Below, one piece after another: positions 52,601-64,000 of a DNA stretch of 64,000 nucleotides; the first letter of the stretch is position 1; every line of letters starts with the position of its first letter. The stretch spans positions 124,001-188,000 of the forward strand of contig JBEWZL010000200.1 in NCBI GenBank assembly GCA_045837725.1, in the 5' to 3' direction. The notes beneath the pieces are model-generated. The model ran no database searches. It was not told the origin of the DNA and saw nothing but the letters and a program-made list of their open reading frames with translations. The translations under genes and the position numbers were made by a program. The DNA is from Vermamoeba vermiformis. Its lineage: Eukaryota.

Positions 52601-55600
52601 TACCATTGCTCCTCCAATTACTGACTTTGCGAAAGTTCGTTTGCATCCAATCTTCTCACGGGCACATTTCCGATCGAGTACACGCAAATCCCTGGCTTGG
52701 CGACGCTGTAAGATGAGAATTCTATATAGCGCCCTATACTAACGGGTCTTAACTTCAGTGATTTGTCCAATAATGACCTGTACGGCCCGTTCCCGAGAGG
52801 AATTCCGCAGAACCTTCCTTTTCGACATTTAGACGTGTCGCACAATCGAATGAATGGCACGATCCCTTCCGGATTGATTTCACAATCAATTCAGACCTTG
52901 TAAGCTCTCTCCTTACTGTCCGTTTTATATGAAACTAACCGTGACCATATTGTAGAATTTTGTCAAACAATCACTTTGGCGGAACTCTACCGACGTACAA
53001 TTCACTGGCATTCAATTTGCATACATTGTAAGTGGTCCGATACGATATCGTTCAATTCGACGTCAGCGTTAGTGCGCTAATTACTTCAATCAACAGACTA
53101 TTGGACAACAACCGAATCGGAGGAAATGTACCACGTGCCCAATTTTCATTAATGAACCTCGAAGTATTGTACGTGACGTCATATTCGACTTATCAACGGA
53201 ATTAGTTCTTACATTAATTATTCCAGGAACTTGTCTGGCAATCTTTTGCGAGGCAATTTGCCAGCAATTACGCAACGTCTACGTAGATTGCGAGTGCTGT
53301 ACGTAATCTTAATGCATGTCAATAAGCACTCACTAACATTGCTCGTAGTAACATCTCGTTCAATTTTATATCCGGCGTTCTTCCGCCCTCGCTATCGAAC
53401 ATTGTTAATCTCGAAGAGCTGTAAGTATAAGCTCATCGTATCTGAATTTCTAACGTTCGACAGAAACCTATCGGCGAACGACTTTATTGGCACGATTCCT
53501 TCTCAGTTAGGCGCTTTGGCCAGTCTTCGAGTATTGTAAGTTGCAGATGTAAAATCGGTGTATTGATTAAATCTGTCTAGGAACTTGGCCGTGAATCACT
53601 TAACTGGCGGAATCCCGATTAGTTTTGCAGGCCATGAGTCCCTGACGTCACTGTAAGAAAAGAACGGCACCTCTATTAATGATTAACCCGTAAATAGGAT
53701 TCTCAAGTCTAACCAGCTGTCTGGCACTATTCCGAACTACATTTGTGAACTTTTCAATCTTCAACGACTGTAAGAATCCACTCTAAAAATCAGTGCAAAA
53801 TATTAACCGAGCTATTTTTAGTGATTTGTCGGTCAATTATTTCACTGGAACTCTTCCCGAGTCAATAGAACAACTGCGAGGCTTGCACTATCTGTAAGGA
53901 TTACTAACGGTGTCGTTGAAGAGCTCTTCTTAATTGTGCTTAGGGACCTCGGAAAAAATCACATATCGGGCGAGATCCCTGTCAATTTGTTCGCCTTGCA
54001 GCGACTGCGCCGATTGTAAGTCGAACTGACTTAAAATATTCTAATGCGGAGGTGACTAATGCTGATGTAGGGATCTCTCGCAAAACGAACTTTCAGGCAC
54101 TATTCCACAGGAAATATCAAACGCACGCTTGATTGAATGGATAAACTTGTCGCGCAATAAGCTCCAAGGAACTCTGCCTTCATTAATGGGACTAACTGAA
54201 GTCATAGAATTGTACGTACTTGAGATTTCTTAGTAGTCTTCTTCTAACAATCCTTCAGCCATATTGCCTCGAACAATTTAGTCGGCTGCATACAGCTGCC
54301 ACGCATATTTGAAAGTTCTCGGAACAGATCCCACATAGCAGCCTGTTCCATCGACAACAACCGTTTCTGCTGTTCACGCAATGACTACGTGTGCTCTACA
54401 ACAGGTTCGTTGGCTTTTTAATCGCTGCACACGTGCTTTTGATTCTAATCTCGTCATTACAATCCAGATTATTGCCCACTAGATGAAGCTTTGATAATTG
54501 CCAGTGGAGACCGCGTTCGAATCAAACCTCGCTTCCATTATGACAGTAAGCTTTCAGATGTCTTGACGGCGCTTATTTAACACGTATCAGAGCTTGTCGT
54601 AGAGCAAGGCGGCACTCTTGTGATATTGCCCGAGACAAAGTTAGACATTGAGTGCGTGACGGTACTCGGTACAATTGAAGTTGACGTCAGTGAGTTAGAA
54701 GAAGAGTCTATAGACGTGCCATTTTTGTCGTTCTCGTGCGGTGAGACGGAGAGTATGACTATGACAGCTGTGGGCTTTGGAAAGAAATGCGAAGTTTCTA
54801 GCACGACCGTTCAAAATGCTGGCTCGAAACGAAAGTTCACCGCCAAAGTCCCATGTCCTAACAATTTACTGCCAGAAGGTACGGAGTTGAAACCCATTCC
54901 TTTACAGTCGCTAACATACTGCTGTAGGAACGATCATTGCCATCATCGTGTCAGTTACTGGTGGTTTCATTTTAGTGATTGTAATTGGTGGCGTGACGTA
55001 CAGATATTTCAGAGGCAAACGACGAGTTGAACAACTGTTGAACAGAGTGGAACTGCTGACACTGACCACAAAGAACGGAGCAGACGATCAGTTCTCACTT
55101 CCTCAGTGGCATGCACCAGAAGACTACTCGCTCAAACCAATCGAAGACTTGCCCATTCAATTGTCAAACACAAAGTTCGACTTTGGAACCAAAGGCAATC
55201 TCTTGCAAGTCGACTCCATGTACAAAGACACCTTCAGAGTGCAGAGCCGCACCAAGATTGGTCAGTCCCGAGGACTTGTTGAGCGACTACTTGAGAAGAG
55301 TCTTCGTGTCAACTTTCATCCAGTTCAGTCGACCAAGTACCAGCTCACAGTTGATCCGTTCGAGATTGACATTCGCGACAAAGGTTACGTCGATGTGACA
55401 CTGATGCTGCAAATGAGAATGACAACACGCACAAACATCTCACTGTGGGTCGAAGTTCCTGAACTCAAACAGTTCTCTTTGTTGGAATTCGTTTGTGCAA
55501 GTGAACCATCACCTTGGATCGACATCGATGAAGTTGATGGTGTGACTGAAGCACTTGGTGAAGGAGGATTTGGTGCTGTGTACAAAGCCAAGTATCGTGG

Positions 55601-56465
55601 TCAAACGATCGCATTCAAGAAGCTCAAAGTAAGTCGCCAAGAAGGAATGACACGTGTCAAAAGTGTCATCAAGTGTCAAGCTTGAACTAACTCTGTTTCT
55701 ATTGTAGTTCCAAGAGATGAACATCCAGCAGTTCGAAGAGTTCAATCGTGAAGTGCAAATGATGATGAACTTGCACCACAGATGCATTGTGCAGTTCATC
55801 GGAGCATCAAAAGTGCCTGGAAAGCTTGCCATCTTGACAGAGTTCGTTTCAGGAGGCAATCTTCAAGAACTGTTGAACAGCAGACCATTGGACACAGGAT
55901 TGAAACTGAAGATTGCATTGGATGTTGCAGAAGCACTTCAATTCTTGCACGCAAACAACATTCTTCATCGTGACATCAAAGCAGAGAATGTGTTGGTTGC
56001 ATCGACAGCCAAAGAAGCATCAGTGAATGTCAAACTGACTGACTTTGGCACTGCTCGATCAATTGTTGAAGAAGTGACCATGAAGTTCACAAAAGGCATT
56101 GGCACGCCTACATACATGGCTCCTGGTAAGTCCTACCACATCGCAATATTACACGAACGAGGTACTAACGCATTACAGAAATTCTTGAGAACAAGCGATA
56201 CGAGAAAGGAGCAGACATTTACAGCTTTGGCATTCTTTTGTGGACAATCATGTCGCAACAAATGCCTTACTCGCACTTGGAACACCCATGGCAGATCGCC
56301 AACATGGTCATTGAAGGTAAACGCTTGACCATGCCGCCAACCGCGCCAGTGGCAGTGGCAGAACTGATCAGCAAGTGCTGGGCTCAATCACCAGATGATC
56401 GACCGAGTATGGATCAAGTCGTCAAAGAACTGGATTTAATTATCGAACTTGCAAACGCACACTAA
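49633..56465 (+). CDS. LRR receptor kinase RK3
   Basis: Signal peptide, DVCSWGRVNC, about 31 LRR-bearing exons (50100-54403), TM GTIIAIIVSVTGGFILVIVIGGVTY, and a complete kinase. Confidence 0.92.
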
Positions 56466-59400
56466 ACTATTAAACTCTGTAGCGCAGAAATGCCGTTACA
56501 ATCATAAAAATTTATCTGGAACAAGGTCCGTTACGCTATTTTTACTTTACGTTAAGGTTATAACGACAAAAGTAGAATGTAACTTTAATTAGAACATGGG
56601 AAAAGATGCAAACAAGCTTTGAGAAATTTAATTACGCGGATGTGATTCATTTTTTCGACATGACAGCCCAAATTTTCACTTGTCCTCATCAATGGCATTG
56701 TGTCGCTGTGATAGACGGAACAAACATGCTTTGCCATTAATATAATTAAAAGTATGCGAGATAATTATTTATTTGTGCTCATCCAGCTGGTTTTGCTCTT
56801 GCTCACGAGCTTTACGTTTGGCGATTTAATACCCTCCGAGCAAATATTTTTTGAGGAATTATTACAGCAAAATCCCACGCTGAGCCCGAGTTTAAATCCA
56901 GGCGGATCGATTAATCGACCATGCTCTTGGTTCGGTGTTTTGTGCACCGCCACCGGAGAGAATGCTTTAGAGATGTAAGTAATCATTATTTGCAATGGTT
57001 ACAACGGAGTGGTTGCTTGATTGATCTGATCAACCTAATCCATTTCCTTCTAACACGACTGATTCCATTATTTTCATTAGAAGTTTGATACTACAGTTTA
57101 ATGTCATACCAAACTCTATTGGCAACCTTCAATATTTGAGATCGCTGTAAGTTCCAGATCAGCTCATTTTTATTCCCTTATTTTTCTTTAATAAAATGTA
57201 AATATCAAATTAATAATTATGCTAATGCATCTTGCAGAGGGTTGTCGGGCAGAGTATTGGCAATCCCACCAGAAATTGCAAAACTTAATCAAACACTAGA
57301 AAATCTGTAAGTTACGTTACAGATCCGAAAACAGCATGTTATTTAATCTATTTAAGCTATTTATTATTTAATCTAACTGCCTCATTTGCTAGGAGGATTA
57401 TTGGCGCCCAGATCAACGAGACAGATGTCACTTACTTGCTACCGCTTCGTAATCTTCGCATTTTGTAAGTACTTTACTATTATACGCTTAATATTTAAAT
57501 GCTTACTAATTGTTATTAAGAACACTCACTTTGTCAGTCCCTCGGGTCTCAACTTTACCGCCGAACTTCGCAACGTCTTTTCCGAATCTAGTCGAGCTGT
57601 ACGAAAATTCGTTAATACTCACGAGGATAATGCGTACTAATGCCTTCTCAGACAATTGCCAGAATCCTTAACAGCGTTGCCGGATCTGTCGGCCTTGCAG
57701 AGATTGAGAACATTGTAAGTGGACGACGGTACTAACAACAATTATCTAATTATAAATTATAATTAAGGATATTAAGGGGCTATAACGGTCCCTTCCACGA
57801 CTCAATTTGCAATCTAATAGGATTAGAACGGTTGGATCTCGAAAATGCGCTTGGAGTGAGAAGACTTCCTGAATGCATTAACAGAGTTATTAGCTTGCGA
57901 TATTTGTACGTTAATTATTACAATTACGATGCTCAGAATTTAACTTGGATGCAGGAACTTGGCCCGATCCGGTCTTGGATTTGTTCCAAATGTTTATGGC
58001 TTGCGCTTCCTCGAAGAACTGTAAGAATATTCTTTAATAATGAACGTAACCATTCTTATATTAATAAATTATTTAGGTATTTGAACGAAATTAGGGCCGT
58101 GGGAACAATATCACCTGAAATTGGACAGTTGACGAGCCTCAAAATATTGTACGATAGACAGTACACCATATATGGACAAATAATATGATACTGATACTAA
58201 ATTTATAGCCATGGCGAATCTATGACGACAACTAGCGGACTGCTTCCTGATACGATCGGCAATCTCGTAAATTTGGTCGAATTGTATGCGCCGAAATTGT
58301 TCATTTTATTATCGAACTAACCTAGATATTAAATAGGAAGTTGTTTAATAACGAAATTAGTGGCACTATTCCAGCGAGTATCGGGAATCTTAAACAACTG
58401 AAAATGCTGTAAGAAAAATATCTGGTATACTTATTGTACTAATTTATTTGCCTTCAAGAGATTTACGACAAAATAGCTTAGAGGGCACCATACCGAACGA
58501 AATTGTTAATTGTGAGAGCATGGAAGTTATGTACGTAAATTTTGTTTATTGAATCAAAACGACCAAACTAATCACGATCTTTCGATAACGATAGAATGTT
58601 AGATAATAATATGCTCAGTGGTACAATACCGAATGACTTGGGAAGGCTAAAAAACTTGATGGGCCTACAAATCATAAGCAACGTGCTTGAAGGCACAATT
58701 CCTGCGTCATTAGCGCAGTGTAGCAATCTGTCGCTCATGTAAGCATAATTTAACTCGTCGTATTTAACACGATATGTCTAACGTTATCAGCGCGCTCATG
58801 TCAAATCAACTGACCGGAACATTGCCGCCAGAATTCTCACAGCTGTCAAATCTGGTTCATTTGTAAGTCCATGATTTTCATCGACCTTTTGTTTGACATA
58901 TTGACAGGGTTATGGGCAATAATCTGTTGCATGGCACGATCCCGCGGTCGTACTCGAATCTACGTAAGCTCTGGAGCATGTAAGTACTAGGGCAATGGAC
59001 AGCATGTGTCAAAGTGTCACTAACAAGATTGACACGTGTCACAAACTGCTACCCAGTACAGCGAACAAAATTAACAACCTTTACTTTCAGTCAACTGTCA
59101 TACAATAATTTGGAGGGGTCGCTCATTAGCTTTGCTGAAATGCCAGAACTACGGTCAATGTAAGGGCTTTGAACTTACTCTTATGAATCTGCGACACTAA
59201 CGGCGCTAACAGAACAATGGAATTTAATCGCCTTACGGGCGCCATTCCCGACACATTTTACACCAATACGGTGTTGAGTCACGTTTTCTTGCAAAACAAC
59301 GAATTATCGGGCACTATTCCGCAGTCAATCAGTTTGCTGCCAAGCATATTGGACATGTACGACAAAAAAATTTTAGCATTTTTCAGTGCGCTACTAACCC

Positions 59401-62400
59401 TACTGTCGCAGCAATTTGAGCCGAAACCAACTACGCGGAACAATTCATCCTGCAACCTTTCTAGATAGATCATTAGTACGGCTGTACGTAATTAATAGCT
59501 GCGATTAATCATCGATAATTAACTAATTGATGGCAGCGACTACTCGAACAACTTGCTCGAAGGGCCGTTACCTCCTATTAGATCCGCTGTGCTCAACATG
59601 GTGTACGTCTTTCGATTAGTCAATTTCGGACTAAAAGCAAAATACTAACAATAATTTCGAAGAAATCTTGCAAATAATAGGTTGAACGGTTCAATTGGCC
59701 ATTTCAGTGCATGTGGGCAGTGCGCTACTATGTACGTAAATACTAATATTATTATTCGCTTTATTAATCTTAATCTCTGTATAGTGACCTCTCAAATAAT
59801 TTCTTCGAGGGATCATTGCCTGACCTCAACACAAGGATGACTCAGTTGTACGTAAAACAAGGTTACTTTTTGTTCGCAATTACTAACTCAACTTATTGTA
59901 GCGACCTGTCGCGTAACCAATTAAGCGGAACCATTCCCCAATATTACGTTTCGAACACTCATTTGAATCGATTGTAAGTGCAGGATGTTAATTGACCTCT
60001 AATTAACAAATCTAACGGAGCCTATTTTAGGGTGTTAGCGCATAACAATCTTACTGGAGAACTTTTAACGGACGGTTGGCCTCTGCTGCGGCACGTGTAA
60101 GTAAAATGAAAAATTTAATACGACTACAAAAATAACCCAAAAATAGAGATGTCTCTTATAATCAATTGCAAGGAACCATTCCAAGACGACTTATGGAGGT
60201 TGCCCAAGTTTTGTAAGCATCAGATCTAACTTTTTTTTCGTTTTCGGCCTAACTTATTTACTTAGAATTTTTTCGCATAATCAATTCTCTGGCCCATTTC
60301 CATCAGTATTTATCCGAACAGACTTGGTGCGGATCCATTTTGACAATAATAGGCTCTCAGATCTACTTCGTCCTAGTTTCCTCGATCATCCGAACTTGGA
60401 AATTATGTAAGAACAACACTATTAGCGGCTAATTATTACTTTATTAATGCATTAGCAGGGACCTTTCAAACAACAATTTCCGTGGCATGTTGCCGGCAAT
60501 TACATTATCGCAGCCATCGAAGTTACGAGTGCTGTAAGTCACAATCTTACTTGCCAAATAAGGCAATATTAATATGGTATACTGATAGGCGCATGTCTGG
60601 CAATCGCTTTATGGGCGCAGTTCCGGGCACATTTGCGCTGATGGCGAGCCTCGAGATCCTGTATGTCAAACACAAAATTCTAAGAAATCCTAACTAATGC
60701 TTCTTTTGCAGTGACTTATCGAATAACTTACTGAATGGTCAATTACCGCCACAATGGGGCTCATTTAGACACTTGCGTGAATTGTACGGTGAAAATTCTA
60801 GCACCCGCGCGTACCGCTAACTTTTTGCATCTAGGTACCTGTCTGATAATCGATTTACTGGAAACTTCCCGGCAACATTTGATGCTCTTGAGTCCCTCGA
60901 AGTACTGTACGTATAGCTATTATATTATTTTGTAACCTGTCTTCTCACCAATCGCATCAGTGACGTGTCCAACAACAATTTTGATGGACCACTGCCCGGC
61001 GCTCTGTTTAACTTGTTGACTTTGCAATCATTGTAAGACCGTTAAATACAGTAGTAATGTATTGATTATTAATAATTTTGCAGGAACATGGCTCACAATC
61101 GATTCACCGATCAGATCCACATTACTTTGTTCCAACTCTTGCTTACGCTTACGGACATGTATGGCCTTAAAGCTTAGCATACTAACACCTTACTAACCTA
61201 TTATAGTAATTTGAGCCACAACTTGTTCACGGGCACACTGCCGACAACATTGTTCAATTTGCATCGTATCAGACGAATGTACGTTCACCTCGGCAATCCG
61301 TTCTTGCATAATGTACTCATTATTATAACTTCGTAGTGATCTATCGTATAATTCTTTGACGGGCACCATCCCTAGTGCAGTATCAAATATGAGAACTCTC
61401 GAAGAACTGTAAGCCGATAATTTTTCACAGTCTCCTTGCGCGGAATGCTAATTAAACATCTTGTTAGATCGCTATCGGCAAATCAACTGAGCGGAACAAT
61501 ACCTGTATTGTCTGGATTGAAAAACTTGGCCAAATTGTACGTCAACATCAATGACCTGGTCATAAGCAAGGCTCTAACCTTTCCTTATTTAGTAATGTCG
61601 ATTCAAACTCGTTGACTGGCTGTCTGCGGCTACCAACTCGATTCTTAGCCTCAAATAACTCTACGACGTACACAGGTCAATGTTCAATCGAAGGAAATCC
61701 AATCTGTTGCAGTCCAGAGCAGTACACGTGCACGACTAGCGGTACGAACTATGGAGCTAGAGTCAATGTCCGTGTGCTAAACAAGAGTTATCTTTGCAGG
61801 TTGCAATGCAGACCGTGTGTTACATGCCAGTCAAGACCGGGCCTGGGTTATAGTCCGCACTGAAGGCTTTCCCTATGACAGTAAGTTGTCATATTAAGCA
61901 CAATTGTCATTATAACTCATCAACTGCTTTGCAGAAATCATTGTGGACCCGGGAGCAGTGCTGACATTGCCGACAGCTTTCAGTGGCTCAGTCTACTGTG
62001 CAAATGTCACGGGTGTCATCGAAATACTGCCCGTACACAGCGAGACATATGCTCCTACGGTCGTAACTCACACTTGCGGCGTGTTCTCTCCGAGTTCAGT
62101 GTTCATGAGGGACGAGCGATGTCGCATTACAAATCGTGCAGTGAGTGCGCAAGGTGATGCAACAACGTACACGTATGACTGGCAGTGCACGCAGCCTGAG
62201 CCAGCTGTGTCGACTGGAGTGGTTGTAGCTGCTGTAGTTACGAGTGTTGGTGGCACTATTTTGTTCGTGGTGATTGGCATCATTTCCGTGCGTTATGTAC
62301 GAGGCAAACGACGAGTCGAACAACTGTTGAACAGAGTGGAACTGCTGACACTGACCACAAAGAACGGAGCAGACGATCAGTTCTCACTTCCTCAGTGGCA

Positions 62401-63466
62401 TGCACCAGAAGACTACTCGCTCAAACCAATCGAAGACTTGCCCATTCAGTTGTCAAACACAAAGTTCGACTTTGGCACCAAAGGCAATCTCTTGCAAGTT
62501 GATTCCATGTACAAGGACACGTTCACGATGCAAGCCAAAGCAAAGCCGAGCAACTCCCGCGGCTTAATTGAACGACTCATCGAGAAGACTGTGCACGTTC
62601 AGTTCCATCCAGTTCAGTCGTCAAAGTTCCAACTCACCGTGGACCCAGCTGAAATTGATCTTCGCGGCAAAGATGAAGTTAGTGTGACACTGATGCTGCA
62701 AATGAGAATGACAACACGCACAAACATCTCACTGTGGGTCGAAGTTCCTGAACTCAAACAGTTCTCTTTGCTCGAGTTTGTTTGTGCAAGTGAACCATCA
62801 CCTTGGATTGACATCGATGACGTCAACGACATTAGCGAGCCACTTGGTGAAGGAGGGTTTGGTGCTGTGTACAAAGCCAAGTACCGTGGACAACAAGTGG
62901 CGTTTAAGAAACTCAAGGTAAGTTGTGACAATTAATGAAATGACACGTGTCAACACGTCAAAAGTGTCATTTACTAATCGCTGTCATGAACAGTACCAGG
63001 AAATGGACCTACCATTGCTTGAAGAGTTCAACCGCGAAGTGCAAATGATGATGAACTTGCACCACAGATGCATTGTGCAGTTCATCGGAGCATCAAAAGT
63101 GCCTGGAAAGCTTGCCATCTTGACAGAGTTCGTTTCAGGAGGCAATCTTCAAGAACTGTTGAACAGCAGACCATTGGACACAGGATTGAAACTGAAGATT
63201 GCATTGGATGTTGCAGAAGCACTTCAGTTCTTGCACGCGAACAACATTCTTCATCGTGACATCAAAGCAGAGAATGTGTTGGTTGCATCGACAGCCAAAG
63301 AAGCATCAGTGAATGTCAAACTGACTGACTTTGGCACTGCTCGATCGATTGTCGAAGAAGTGACCATGAAGTTCACCAAGGGTGTTGGTACTCCCACTTA
63401 CATGGCTCCTGGTAAGTCTGATCACGTGGCACTTTTTGACACCGTGAAAAATATTGACACGTGTCA
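55648..63466. repeat. Intronic palindrome TGACACGTGTCA copies in RK3 (55648) and RK4 (59030, 62941, 63455)
   Basis: Perfect copies, all intronic, mostly with adjacent AAGTGTCA/TTTGACAC half-sites. Confidence 0.9.
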
Positions 63467-63844
63467 TACGTCGTACATGGTACACTATTGATCATCGTTT
63501 GCGTGTTCATCCAAGCATATATTACCCAATTAGGCAAGTGCTTACTAACATTCACCCCTGCAGAAATCCTCGACAACAAGCAGTACGAACGCAGTGCAGA
63601 TATTTACAGCTTTGGCATTCTGTTGTGGGTGATTATGACGCAAAAGATTCCGTACATTGACGTCAAGAACTCGTGGGACATTGCGCGCATGGTACTTGAG
63701 GGCAAACGATTGCACATTCCTGGCTCAATGTCGATCACAGTCAAGCAGCTGATCGAGAAGTGTTGGGCACAGGAACCGAGTGACAGGCCAACTATTGATC
63801 AAGTCGTGCAGCAGCTGAATTCAATTTTGATTTCAAAAATGTAA
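56754..63844 (+). CDS. LRR receptor kinase RK4
   Basis: Signal peptide, RPCSWFGVLC, LRR exon array (about 57080-61741), TM GVVVAAVVTSVGGTILFVVIGIISV, and a complete kinase with a more divergent last exon. Confidence 0.92.
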
Positions 63845-64000
63845 AATAACACGTGCTTCAATTGGCCGTATTTTAATTTGGATGTGTTGATCTCGAAACC
63901 TGGCAAGGCGGAGTCTTTGTCGTGTTTTTCCATCCCAAAGATGATAATTTATGGTCGACCATAAATCCGTGGGAATAGTATCCCTTGATCTTAAATTAAT

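Noticed and set aside
50100-61600. Regular ~120-bp periodicity resembling a CRISPR or satellite array
   Set aside because: It is the exon-intron period of the LRR array; there are no identical direct repeats.
1-64000. Transposase, reverse transcriptase or recombinase gene that could act on the palindromes
   Set aside because: No such ORF is recognisable in the window; any trans-acting factor would have to be encoded elsewhere.

Overview
This is intron-rich eukaryotic genomic DNA, most likely from an amoebozoan-type protist (inferred from the transmembrane kinase type). Introns are short, GT-AG, with CTAAC/CTAAT branch points. In order, the window holds a PCMT-BTB fusion, a PH-ArfGAP gene with a tRNA-Glu(CTC) inside one intron, UBC9, an F-box-TPR gene, a peflin-like penta-EF-hand gene, four tandem Zn(II)2Cys6 transcription factors, a FUSC/ALMT-like transporter and an EBP-like gene. 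From 30 kb to the end there is a cluster of four very large LRR receptor kinases, with two head-to-head F-box genes between the first two. The receptor cluster is the most notable system, for four reasons. (1) Its divergent ectodomains are built from about 30 symmetric phase-2 exons, mostly one LRR each. (2) The intracellular exons are nearly identical between paralogs in a patchwork pattern. (3) Those exons are almost free of the TA dinucleotide. (4) They are bracketed by introns carrying the perfect palindrome TGACACGTGTCA. A low-complexity block at 39.3-40.9 kb and two single-base frameshifts look like long-read assembly errors. All exon structures were assembled by eye, so boundaries are approximate.
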